A DNA stretch of 63,745 nt, filler included, from Octopus bimaculoides (Eukaryota): NCBI RefSeq assembly GCF_001194135.2. It is 4 parts of 4 records of this genome, joined end to end, with 100 filler letters (N's around TTAATTAATTAA, not from the genome) between each part and the next. Parts side by side here need not be neighbours in the genome. Positions count along the whole stretch, not along the records: positions 1 to 30,695 come from NC_068989.1; positions 30,796 to 40,745 come from NC_069010.1; 2 more parts are not named here. One strand, written 5' to 3'. Made by a program: the position numbers and the translations under genes. Positions 27,404 through 39,215 of this stretch are shown here, one piece after another (position 1 is the first letter of the stretch; the number at the start of each line of letters is the position of its first letter). The notes under the pieces are model-generated. The model saw nothing but the letters and a program-made list of their open reading frames with translations. It had not been told where the DNA came from and made no database searches.

Positions 27404-29160
27404 GTGCTAGTGTCACTAAAAGAAACCAAAAAAAATCTGGACGAAGAATCTCGTGCAATTTCAAGTCTCACATACGAAAAGAAGACCTGTTCCTCTAATA
27501 GAGCATTCTTTGGAAAACAACTACAGGATACCAATGAAACTTTAAATTGTGGGACACTACCTGTTCCTTGGAGGTACCATCTGTGGAAGGACAGAAAGAA
27601 CAACGGACATTTAGAAAGAAGTAACTATTTTTATGGCAAAAGAAATCAAATTCCCCATATTTATCAATTCAAAATGTACAAGCAAAAGTAGAAATAGTGC
27701 TGAATACTTACGATAAATGTGTAAAACGAGGAAAATACGATTCATTGAAAGGAATTTCTGACATCACAAAGGAAAACAGTGAATGGCTGAACAGTGAAGA
27801 TAGACGGTTTTATTACTTTCAAATTGAAAGCAATGCACAGTATGCAACTGGAAAGGCAGCCAGTTCCAAAACTATCCATCCACCCAAAAGAAGAAAAGTG
27901 TCCTTAATGCCAACTTCAACCAGAGCAACTCCAGGGTCATCTTCAACGTCAGAGACTGAAAGCGAATATCAAGAGTAAAAAAAATCACACGAAGAATCCA
28001 CACAAATAAGGAAGATGTATAGCAAAACTGGAACTGTAACCAAGTTAGTAATATCTTATCAAGCTATCAACTCAAGAAGCAGCAGCAGTTTGTCGACAGT
28101 TATCTCAAGATGGAATCAATGTCGAGACTCCTTCCCAATCTGGTATTTACAAATCGACTATCAAAAAAGCTGCTAAACTAAAAAAAAAAAAAAATGAAGA
28201 AAACACTATATTTATAAAACTGGTCGTTACATTTTGATAGTAAACGTATTAATGACCAAGAGTACTTGGTCATTAATTTGGTCTCATTTTGATGGTAAAC
28301 GTATTAATGACCAAGTGCTAGCTTTAAAGAACGAAGAGAGAGAAGTTAAGTTAAAAGCAATGCAGTTACCAAAGGGAAAAGCCGATACTGTTGTGAAAGG
28401 AATAACAGCTGTTTTAGATGAATACAATTTATGGAACTGTGTAAAGATGATTGTCGCTGATACAACGAGCGTGAACACTGGGAAAAGAAATGGTATTGTC
28501 ATTCAGTTGCAAAGACTGCTTGCTCAAAAGGGATTGAAAGAACAGCAGTTTATTGGTTGTCTCCATTATATCCTTGATAGAGGTCTTCGTGTTGTAATGG
28601 ATAACGAACTTGGAGAAAAAAGTCATCTCCCAATATTGAATATGCATTCAACCTAAAGCATCTAAGTAATTACGAGAAACTCCATGCTCATTTCAACAAT
28701 GGTGAAGAAAACATAACTGAATCAACAGGATGACGAGATGACATGAAACTTCTATTTTATTTGACCAGAGTTTTTCGTTTCTTTGACGAAACCGGAAAAT
28801 ATCCTACTGTAAAGTTTCAAAAATAACCAACTTAAGTAATGCTTCATGGAATTCAGGAGCAACACTAGCTCTCTTGGCATTTATTCTTCTACCAGAGAAA
28901 AGAGTTTTGCTTCTCAATGTTTGCCGATTCATCTCTTACAGCCGGGCAGAATTTTGGTTTCCTGACCAAATGTCAGTATGTGATAGCCTGGAAGTTCATA
29001 AAAAAAGCCTTGAACTCTGTAAAAGACTTTTAGAGTCGAGAACCATCAAAACTGGAAATTCACAGAACAAATCAAAGTGCAGAACCGACAATAAAGTGCC
29101 TTCAAGATCTTTATGATGTCTGTAAAAAGAAGGAGAAACTTCAGCTTCGATTTCATCTAA
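27404..29160 (+). mobile_element. Degenerate DDE transposase, hAT superfamily, divergent (hATm-like) type
   Basis: Broken frames with HFDGK, ADTTSVNTGKRNG, FIGCLHYILD (CxxH-like), RDDMKLL and SNASWNS. TIRs not located; the right end runs into a gap. Confidence 0.75.
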
Positions 29161-29223
29161 CAAAACATATTAATTGCTTGTTATGTACATAATACTCCGC
29201 ACTACGCTAGTTTTTAAAATTTT

Positions 29224-29276
<53 letters not shown>

Positions 29277-30516
29277 NNNNNNNNNNNNNNNNNNNNNNNN
29301 NNNNNNNNNNNNNNNNNNNNNNNNNNNNNNNNNNNNNNNNNNNNNNNNNNNNNNNNNNNNNNNNNNNNNNNNNNNNNNNNNNNNNNNNNNNNNNNNNNNN
29401 NNNNNNNNNNNNNNNNNNNNNNNNNNNNNNNNNNNNNNNNNNNNNNNNNNNNNNNNNNNNNNNNNNNNNNNNNNNNNNNNNNNNNNNNNNNNNNNNNNNN
29501 NNNNNNNNNNNNNNNNNNNNNNNNNNNNNNNNNNNNNNNNNNNNNNNNNNNNNNNNNNNNNNNNNNNNNNNNNNNNNNNNNNNNNNNNNNNNNNNNNNNN
29601 NNNNNNNNNNNNNNNNNNNNNNNNNNNNNNNNNNNNNNNNNNNNNNNNNNNNNNNNNNNNNNNNNNNNNNNNNNNNNNNNNNNNNNNNNNNNNNNNNNNN
29701 NNNNNNNNNNNNNNNNNNNNNNNNNNNNNNNNNNNNNNNNNNNNNNNNNNNNNNNNNNNNNNNNNNNNNNNNNNNNNNNNNNNNNNNNNNNNNNNNNNNN
29801 NNNNNNNNNNNNNNNNNNNNNNNNNNNNNNNNNNNNNNNNNNNNNNNNNNNNNNNNNNNNNNNNNNNNNNNNNNNNNNNNNNNNNNNNNNNNNNNNNNNN
29901 NNNNNNNNNNNNNNNNNNNNNNNNNNNNNTATATATGTACATATTCAAATAAAGATAATAATTTTCGGTAACGGATAATAAAATCCAATGAAAATACTGG
30001 TTGGTTATTAATTCATAGAAGGTTCAACACTATGGTAACTATATAAACTGTGGTTCATATATTTATATATTTAAAGAATATGGAGAAATGGACAGGTAAT
30101 TAATAAAATATTATTTATTTTCCTTTTCCTTTTTCTTTTTCTCCTTCTTAGTACCCTTTAATATTATATTAATCTCTTTTTCTTTCATTTAAGACACAAA
30201 ATATACACTACCTGTCCTTCAATATTGGATAGTGCAATTATTATTTTATATCTTGTATTTTATATTCATAAATACACGTGATTTTCTGCTTCCATTTTTC
30301 CTTCTCTTTTTCGTTTTCTTTTTTTTTCTTTCTCAATACCCTATGACAGTATATTAATCTCTTCTTTTTTACTTTAAGACATGTAATAATATATATTACC
30401 TTCTTCCTTTAGATTAGATTGGTTCCTGCTGCAACCGGCTCTTTTGGTATATTGCTATGAGTTCACGCTTTCATAGCCGTTATCTCAACGTGTACTTCTA
30501 ATCGGTATATCCTTAG

Positions 30517-30603
30517 TACCTCTGAAGAAATTCCTCTTATAATGATTTTAATTTTATAAATTAATTATCTAAAGATTTCTGAATCGAAACAGCTTTCAGA
30601 GTT
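30517..30603 (+). ncRNA. Degenerate type I hammerhead-like motif
   Basis: CTGAAGA at 30522, ATTC...GAAT helix II, CGAAAC-AGCT-TTC at 30585-30597, and a short helix I. Confidence 0.45.
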
Positions 30604-30739
30604 GTAGTTATATTTTATAATTAATTAATAATTTCATTAATTATCGCTCCATTTTCTGCATATTCTTTAAATATATATATATATATATATATATANNNNN
30701 NNNNNNNNNNNNNNNNNNNNNNNNNNNNNNNNNNNNNNN

Positions 30740-30751
30740 TTAATTAATTAA
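30740..30751. other. Artificial six-frame-stop scaffold linker
   Basis: TTAATTAATTAA between two runs of 44 N. Confidence 0.95.
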
Positions 30752-30795
30752 NNNNNNNNNNNNNNNNNNNNNNNNNNNNNNNNNNNNNNNNNNNN

Positions 30796-30872
<77 letters not shown>

Positions 30873-31099
30873 CACACATATAGACATACATGACAGGCCA
30901 AGGATATTTACTAGGCCCAGTCAACAATAGTAACGTCTACAGTATAAGGATAGGTTGCCCCCTGTGCATGTGAAGCACTTAAGAATTAGCGAGAAAGAGT
31001 AATGTTGTGGTTAGCTGCTTTGGGGCCCTACAACTTTCCCCAGCCAGATTATAAACGTCCGCGTGCACCTATAGACCTTGGTACACTTAGCCATGCTAC

Positions 31100-31720
31100 C
31101 AAGTGTCTGCACAACAATCTGTAACAGCTGGGGTTTTCAAACACCAGCTAACTACACCTCTTTCTTTCTCTCTCGCCATTTGTGTGTGTTCCTTTTGTCA
31201 TCTCCGTTCTGAGATAAATCTGCCCCTCGTCTTCCCGTGTCTCTCTTGCTTTTCCTCCTCCGCAGGTCTCTTCCGCTTGAACCTCATGCTACTTCTTTTA
31301 GTCATTGGTCGTCTCCAACACTCACCACGTATCCGTAACAGCGTCGCTTCTCTCATGCACACCACCAATCTTACCGCTTGCATCCAGGTTTTCTCTCAGC
31401 TTTTTTTATGCTCCATCATTTTACGTACACTAACATTACACATCCGGCCGAGTGTGCTTGATTTTCATTTCTTCCCGTCCATTGCACATTATTCATTTCC
31501 ATTATTTATTATTTTACCCTCATGTGACATCGTACTTCGTAAGAAACACACTATCCACCCTTCACTCAGTGACAGAATCCTTTTGTTATCTCCAGAGCTA
31601 AACAGCTCTCTCAGCTTTTCTTACCCCTATTTTTTTTTTACTCTGGCTGCTGTGTTTTCAGAACACTCCCCTCCAGGTTACAGCAGCTATCGATTGCCTG
31701 TTAAGAAACTTCTAAACATT
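31100..31720 (-). mobile_element. RTE-clade LINE, RT C-terminal relic
   Basis: GGECSENTAARV, EKLRELF, RMCNVSVR and ETCGGGK resemble RTE GGGCSESVAARV..KFRELL..WMCNVSV..GTCGRGRPRK. Confidence 0.75.
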
Positions 31721-32084
31721 TCAAAGGATTTGTTTCATGGATGCAGCTGTTTTCTCTGTCAAGTGATTCTGTAAACAGAAAGTAAAAAAATAGGCAAAAT
31801 TTTTTCAAACCTTTATCTTGTAACGATACACTATTGTGTTGTTGTTTCAGTTTAAACTATGGACTATGGTTTCTTCATTACAAAACTGACTCCCTCTTTA
31901 TAGCAAGGATTCACAGGGTTAAGATATTTAGTTAGACGTATATTTGATCCCTGTAAGACAATGCAGTAAAGTGTTCCCCTCGAAGGCCTGTTGTTGTTAA
32001 GCATTCACTTGTGATCGGAACATTCGATGCAGATGTTCTGCAGAAACAACAGTGGTGAAATGTACGCAGGAATGATCACCACCA

Positions 32085-32810
32085 CCATCATCATCATCAT
32101 CACTTAATGTCTGTTTTTCCATGCTGGCATGGGTCAGACAGTCTGACAGGAGTTGGCAAGCTGGAGGACTGTGCCAGGCTCTGCTGTCTACTTTGGCATG
32201 GCTTCTACAGCTGGATGCCCTTTCTAATGCCAACCACTTTACAGAGAGCACTGGGTGCTTATTATGTGGTACCAATATATACAGAAATCAATGTAAACTT
32301 GTGCTTATCATATTTTCTTTTACATTTTGTCCGTATATCATTATCATCATCCTATAACGTCCGTTTTCCTTGCTGGCATGGGTTGGACAGTTTGACACTA
32401 GATTCCAGTCTGATTTGGCTTGGTTGCTCTGAAAAAAAATTTTCTACAAACAATACTGTAAAGTGGTTGGCATTTGGAAGGGCATCCAGCTGTAAAAACC
32501 TTGCCAAAACTGACCTCGCCTGTGCTGGTGCCCCGTAAAAAGCATTGAGTCCACTGTGTGAAGTGGTTGGTGTTAGGAAAGGCATCCAGCAATAAAAAGA
32601 AAACCATGCTAAAACAGAGATGGAAGCCTGGGGTAGTCTTCNNNNNNNNNNGGTTGGTGTTAGGAAAGGCATCCAGCAATAAAAAGAAAACCATGCTAAA
32701 ACAGAGATGGAAGCCTGGGGTAGTCTTCTACCTGGCCAGCTTGTGTCAACCATCCTACCCGTGCATGCATCGAAGCTGGGTGTTAAACGATGATGATGAT
32801 GATGATGATA
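32085..32810. mobile_element. Cluster of RTE-tailed non-autonomous repeat fragments in opposite orientations
   Basis: Tails CCATGC(T/C)AGCATGGAAA..GTTAAACGATGATGAT on both strands; 40-bp inverted pair 32205-32244 / 32456-32495. Confidence 0.75.
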
Positions 32811-33266
32811 ACTGATAATAGAAATAAAAGAAAAAGGTTAGGGAATAAAAGTGTAATATTTTGGAGACACTCCTTTGCAGGACACTAAAGGAAAGTCCAG
32901 AAGAGACTAGGAAGAGAGGAAAGGAGACATAAAGAAGAAAAAAAGGCTTAACTTTGATTATAGGGGATCCTTAAACGATCAATGTATATCAAAGTGAAGC
33001 ACAGACTGAATAGCACAAATCCATTATCATCACAGGAAATGCATTGACATGTTGATGATCTGTTGATTAATTACCATGTCATGTCACTGCTCACTTTTTG
33101 GGGCAGCCTGATGAGTTGGCAGTTGCATAACATATTACATAATGTTATGGATGCTATGCATACTGTATACGTGACTATACTATGCTTATGTCACAATAAG
33201 CTTCAAAAAACAATCAATTGTAGCAATACTACATAATCTATTCATCTGTTTTTATAATGTGTGTGT

Positions 33267-33606
33267 GAAGGCACATGGCTCAGTGGTTAGAGTGTTGGGC
33301 TCACAATCATGAAGTAGTGAGTTCAATTCCCGGACTGGGCTGTCTGTTGTGTTCTTGAGCAAAACTCTTGATTTCATGTTGATCCAGTTCACTCGTCTGT
33401 AGAAATGAGTTGCAACATCACTGGTGCCAAGCCGTATCGGCCCCTTTGCTTTTCTCTTGGATAACATCGGTGGCATAGAGAGGGGAGACGTGGTATGTAT
33501 GGGCGACTGGTGGTCTTTCATAAACAACCTTGCCTGGACTTGTGCCCTGGAGGGGAACTTTCTAGGTGCAATCCCATGGTCATTCATGACCGAAGTGTGC
33601 CTTTAA
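33267..33606 (+). mobile_element. SINE family C, full length
   Basis: A-box TGGCTCAGTGGTTAG, B-box AGTTCAATTCC, core TGTGTTCTTGAGCAA. Confidence 0.85.
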
Positions 33607-33938
33607 CGAAACAAAATAATCCTTTCTAATAAAATTCAACCTCCAAAATCTGAGGTTTTTAAAGTGCTAGAAACACCACAAAAGGAAACCGAATGCGTTC
33701 ACCAAAGGCTTTTATGGAGGGCAAAACAACATAGGTCAGGATAATGCGTAAAGACCAAGTGATGTATAGCTGTTTCATGTGGTTCTCAACATTCAGTGAA
33801 AGGGTAACAAATGCATGGTTATGGTGTAAAGGGGAAACTCCCAAGGTGCAATTTTTATGTCGTATGAAACTGCAGTCGCCCTGCATTTATATTAATTTAC
33901 CACCATAGTATGTGTGTTTTATTTGTGTGTGTGTGTAT

Positions 33939-34110
33939 AGGTGCAGGTATAGCTGTGTATTAAGATGTTTGCTTCCCAGCCACATGGTTTTGGGTTCAGT
34001 CCCACTGTGTGGAACCTTGGCAGGCATCTTCTACGGTAACCCTGGACTGACGAAGGCATTTGTCAGTTGATATGGTAAATGGAAACTGAAAGAAGCCCAT
34101 CGTGTATGTG
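33939..34110 (+). mobile_element. SINE family B, 5' part, just upstream of the PBRM1-like exon
   Basis: Head through GGAAACTGAAAGAAGCCC. Confidence 0.85.
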
Positions 34111-34194
34111 TGTCTATATATAATGAGTGAGAATGTATGTATGTATGTATGTATGTATGTATATTTAAGGTGTTTGTCTTCGATGTTTTTGCAG

Positions 34195-34399
34195 TGGCGT
34201 AATTTGAACAAGGATGAGAAAGAGAAGTTTGAAGAGAAAGCCAAGAAAATTGCTGAAGAGCAAGCTGCAAAGCAGGAAGCTGCTGAGAAGGCCTTCAATG
34301 AATCCCTGAACCCACAGAGTCCTTGGTCTGACTACAGTCGAAGCATGTCCCCGGCAGCTGGTACAGCCGGCACCATGCCAAATGGACAACCAATACCAG
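34195..34399 (+). CDS. PBRM1: Internal exon encoding the end of an HMG box plus an S/P-rich linker, Polybromo-1 (PBAF subunit)-like
   Basis: Acceptor ...gatgtttttgcag at 34194 and donor G|GTAAGA at 34400. Open frame WRNLNKDEKEKFEEKAKKIAEEQAAKQEAAEKAFNESLNPQSPWSDYSRSMSPAAGTAGTMPNGQPIP. HMG helix 3 followed by an A/E/Q-rich helix and a SP motif matches the recalled PBRM1 pattern EWRNL...YEERAAKVAEQQ...ASP. No other exon of the gene was found in the window. Confidence 0.75.
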
Positions 34400-35558
34400 G
34401 TAAGATCTCTCTCTCTCTCTCTCGTTACTTGTCAGTCTGTGTGTCTTTGTTTGGTGTTCTGTGTATGTTCCAAGGCATTGACGGGACGGGACTGGTGGGG
34501 TGGGGGGGGCACTGAATCTGTGTTGCTATTAGTTTTTATCAGGGGGGCATTTACAGGGATGGTAGCTATGTTTGCAAGGGTTACTGATAGGGTTGGTCAA
34601 AACATTCTGGATGGGGGTTATTTTAAAGTTGTACTTCTAGTGTTAATGTGTGTTATTTCTTTACTACCCACAAGGGGATACACACAGAGGGGACAAACAA
34701 GGACAGACAAACGGATTAAGTCGATTATACCGACCNNNNNNNNNNNNNNNNNNNNNNNNNNNNNNNNNNNNNNNNNNNNNNNNNNNNNNNNNNNNNNNNN
34801 NNNNNNNNNNNNNNNNNNNNNNNNNNNNNNNNNNNNNNNNNNNNNNNNNNNNNNNNNNNNNNNNNNNNNNNNNNNNNNNNNNNNNNNNNNNNNNNNNNNN
34901 NNNNNNNNNNNNNNNNNNNNNNNNNNNNNNNNNNNNNNNNNNNNNNNNNNNNNNNNNNNNNNNNNNNNNNNNNNNNNNNNNNNNNNNNNNNNNNNNNNNN
35001 NNNNNNNNNNNNNNNNNNNNNNNNNNNNNNNNNNNNNNNNNNNNNNNNNNNNNNNNNNNNNNNNNNNNNNNNNNNNNNNNNNNNNNNNNNNNNNNNNNNN
35101 NNNNNNNNNNNNNNNNNNNNNNNNNNNNNNNNNNNNNNNNNNNNNNNNNNNNNNNNNNNNNNNNNNNNNNNNNNNNNNNNNNNNNNNNNNNNNNNNNNNN
35201 NNNNNNNNNNNNNNNNNNNNNNNNNNNNNNNNNNNNNNNNNNNNNNNNNNNNNNNNNNNNNNNNNNNNNNNNNNNNNNNNNNNNNNNNNNNNNNNNNNNN
35301 NNNNNNNNNNNNNNNNNNNNNNNNNNNNNNNNNNNNNNNNNNNNNNNNNNNNNNNNNNNNNNNNNNNNNNNNNNNNNNNNNNNNNNNNNNNNNNNNNNNN
35401 NNNNNNNNNNNNNNNNNNNNNNNNNNNNNNNNNNNNNNNNNNNNNNNNNNNNNNNNNNNNNNNNNNNNNNNNNNNNNNNNNNNNNNNNNNNNNNNNNNNN
35501 NNNNNNNNNNNNNNNNNNNNNNNNNNNNNNNNNNNNNNNNNNNNNNNNNNNNNNNNNN

Positions 35559-35737
35559 CAATGTACATGATAACACTTCCAATCAGTTAAGATCAGAAGC
35601 CATGAGAGCCACTGCCTGGTACTGCATCAGGGATTTAGAAAATCTGTGGTATTGAGCAGAATATTTGCTGTGGCCCATCTTTTTATACCAAGACAAAACA
35701 ATGTACATGATAACACTTCCAATCAATTAAGACCAGA
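35559..35737. repeat. 140-bp tandem repeat emerging from a gap
   Basis: CAATGTACATGATAACACTTCCAATCA at 35559 and 35699. Confidence 0.75.
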
Positions 35738-35965
35738 ACTGACAGAATTGTTAGCACACTGGATGAACTTTTTAGCAGTTTTTCCCCTGTCATTAGGTTC
35801 TGAGTTCAAATTCTACCATGGTTGAGTTACCCTTTCATCCCTTTGAGGTCAATAAAATAAGTACCAGTTGAATACTGTGGTTGATGTAATCAACTGGTCC
35901 CCTTCGCCAAAATGTTAGGCCTTGTGCCTATAGTAGAAAGGATTATTATTATTATTATTATTATT
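35737..35965 (+). mobile_element. SINE family A, CpG-depleted
   Basis: Head, core and (ATT)n tail; CpGs converted to TG/CA. Confidence 0.85.
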
Positions 35966-37428
35966 GTTTTGTGTCCAAGGAATTTTATTGTATTCTTTTA
36001 TGATTTTTGCTTTGTCTTTATTTGTGTAAACTTTGAAAAAGAAAATTATTGATGTTGTTGTTGTTATTATTATTATTATTATTATTATTGTGAAACTTGG
36101 CATGTTCGTGATTATTAATTGTNNNNNNNNNNNNNNNNNNNNNNNNNNNNNNNNNNNNNNNNNNNNNNNNNNNNNNNNNNNNNNNNNNNNNNNNNNNNNN
36201 NNNNNNNNNNNNNNNNNNNNNNNNNNNNNNNNNNNNNNNNNNNNNNNNNNNNNNNNNNNNNNNNNNNNNNNNNNNNNNNNNNNNNNNNNNNNNNNNNNNN
36301 NNNNNNNNNNNNNNNNNNNNNNNNNNNNNNNNNNNNNNNNNNNNNNNNNNNNNNNNNNNNNNNNNNNNNNNNNNNNNNNNNNNNNNNNNNNNNNNNNNNN
36401 NNNNNNNNNNNNNNNNNNNNNNNNNNNNNNNNNNNNNNNNNNNNNNNNNNNNNNNNNNNNNNNNNNNNNNNNNNNNNNNNNNNNNNNNNNNNNNNNNNNN
36501 NNNNNNNNNNNNNNNNNNNNNNNNNNNNNNNNNNNNNNNNNNNNNNNNNNNNNNNNNNNNNNNNNNNNNNNNNNNNNNNNNNNNNNNNNNNNNNNNNNNN
36601 NNNNNNNNNNNNNNNNNNNNNNNNNNNNNNNNNNNNNNNNNNNNNNNNNNNNNNNNNNNNNNNNNNNNNNNNNNNNNNNNNNNNNNNNNNNNNNNNNNNN
36701 NNNNNNNNNNNNNNNNNNNNNNNNNNNNNNNNNNNNNNNNNNNNNNNNNNNNNNNNNNNNNNNNNNNNNNNNNNNNNNNNNNNNNNNNNNNNNNNNNNNN
36801 NNNNNNNNNNNNNNNNNNNNNNNNNNNNNNNNNNNNNNNNNNNNNNNNNNNNNNNNNNNNNNNNNNNNNNNNNNNNNNNNNNNNNNNNNNNNNNNNNNNN
36901 NNNNNNNNNNNNNNNNNNNNNNNNNNNNNNNNNNNNNNNNNNNNNNNNNNNNNNNNNNNNNNNNNNNNNNNNNNNNNNNNNNNNNNNNNNNNNNNNNNNN
37001 NNNNNNNNNNNNNNNNNNNNNATGTCCGCTTTCCATGCTGGCATGGATTGGACGGTTTGACCCATGCGACCATGGACGAGTGGAAGTTAAATGATGATGA
37101 TGCTCTGTGTGTGTGTGTATTTGTGCTTGCTTGTGTCTTTGTATCTTCTTGTTAACATCATCCAATTCTTGTAGACAAATGCCACCATTATACACGATTC
37201 CGTTCAATCAAAAACACACACGTATGTGTATGTACCACACAATGTATGCATGTATGTGTATTTTCCTACCTACCAACTATCTAGTTCACCCATCTTGCCT
37301 ATGTGTATGTCTTCTTTCCCCTCTCTCTCTCTCATATATCTATGTATATATATATATATGTATATATAATAAACACACACACATACAGTTTGTCTTTCTA
37401 TCCATTTGTCTATCTACCTATTGAATGT

Positions 37429-37459
<31 letters not shown>

Positions 37460-37514
37460 GTGTGTATATATATATATATATATATCTGTAAGAATATGTG
37501 ATACTTATTCAGTA

Positions 37515-37585
37515 GCCATGATAAAACTCCAAGTTTTGGATGCCAGGGTGGGAGCCCACGCCAACATCTCTTCAGTTATCTGGCC
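37515..37585 (-). ncRNA. Type I hammerhead ribozyme-like motif (G12 mutated in this arm)
   Basis: Minus strand: GCCAGATAA / CTGAAGA / GATG...CATC hairpin / C-AAAA / CTTGGAG / T-T / TTATC(A)TGGC. Helix I has 9 bp with one bulge. The inverted arm retains CGAAACTCGGAGTT. Confidence 0.6.
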
Positions 37586-38252
37586 AATTGAAAATTCCTG
37601 TGAAAATATTGTATGCATCCGAAACTCGGAGTTTTATCATGGCTACTGAATAAGTGTCACATATTTTTACAGATAAATTACTCTATTTGCATAATATCGA
37701 GGTCTCTTTTTTTTTCTTTTGTTGTCCTTCCTGTCATATATNNNNNNNNNNNNNNNNNNNNNNNNNNNNNNNNNNNNNNNNNNNNNNNNNNNNNNNNNNN
37801 NNNNNNNNNNNNNNNNNNNNNNNNNNNNNNNNNNNNNNNNNNNNNNNNNNNNNNNNNNNNNNNNNNNNNNNNNNNNNNNNNNNNNNNNNNNNNNNNNNNN
37901 NNNNNNNNNNNNNNNNNNNNNNNNNNNNNNNNNNNNNNNNNNNNNNNNNNNNNNNNNNNNNNNNNNNNNNNNNNNNNNNNNNNNNNNNNNNNNNNNTATA
38001 TATATATATACACACACATAAATGCACGTGTATGTGTATATATACAGTCTGCCAAAAAAAAAAATGTATACACAATTCAGGAAAGAAAAACAAAAATCTG
38101 TATAAATATTTAACTTGTATAAGTAGCGCCCTACAGTTATAGATACTTCTTTCAATGTTTTATCAAACTGCGATAACACTGAATTAAAATATGTATACAA
38201 TTTTTTTTCCTTTCTTGAAGTGTGTGTACATTTGTTTGGCGGACTCTGTGTA

Positions 38253-38289
<37 letters not shown>

Positions 38290-38494
38290 ATATATAATTA
38301 TCTATCTGTTTATATAGACCTATCTTCTTTGTTTTTTTATGTACCTACCTACCTACCTACCTACCTACCTACCTATCTTAGCTAAGTATATGCCTGCTTG
38401 TCTTCCTCTCTCTCTTTTCTATCTACATGACTCTGTACTGGTCTTTGTCTCTCTTATCGCTCTCATGCATACACACACACACACACACACACAC

Positions 38495-38580
38495 ATTATG
38501 GGCTTGCCTACAGTTTCTGTCTACCCTGTGCATTCACAAGGCATTGGTCGGCCCAAGGCTATAATAGAAGACACTCGTGA
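38495..38580 (-). mobile_element. SINE family B fragment
   Basis: CACAAGGCATTGGTCGGCCCAAGGCTATAATAGAAGACAC. Confidence 0.7.
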
Positions 38581-38998
38581 ATGTTAAAGGTGAGATACTA
38601 AAGGGACCCTAATCACACACACATCCAATATTTTTGGGGTCATGTGATATTAAACATCATTGTTGACGTCATGCATGTTTCCAGGATTGATTCTGTACAG
38701 TACCTGTAATATACTGAGGGTTAATATAATCAACTAACACTCACTCCCACACCCCTTCCAACCTAACCAAGATGTAACACCATCGTTTCATATTAACAAC
38801 TCCGCAAACAATATTTTCTTTCATGCTAACCCCTCCTCTCCCCTCAAACCCCTATTTTTATTTTTTGGAACGGTATTTGATTTTTGTCCCTTCTTTTTAC
38901 CTTTTTTTTTGTTTTGGTTTTATTTAAAAAAAAAGGTTTTTTCCCTTTAATTTTCCAATTTGCTAATCCTAATAATGATTGTTTCATGATGGTGGTGG

Positions 38999-39032
<34 letters not shown>

Positions 39033-39181
39033 GATGGTCATGATGGTGAAGATGGTGGTGGTGGTGGTGGTGATTGCTGTCATCACTGGTNNNNNNNNNN
39101 TTTTATTTAAAAAAAAAGGTTTTTTCCCTTTAATTTTCCAATTTGCTAATCCTAATAATGATTGTTTCATGATGGTGGTGG

Positions 39182-39215
<34 letters not shown>

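Noticed and set aside
32565-32728. Perfect 77-bp direct repeat
   Set aside because: Identical copies on either side of a 10-N gap: overlapping contig ends.
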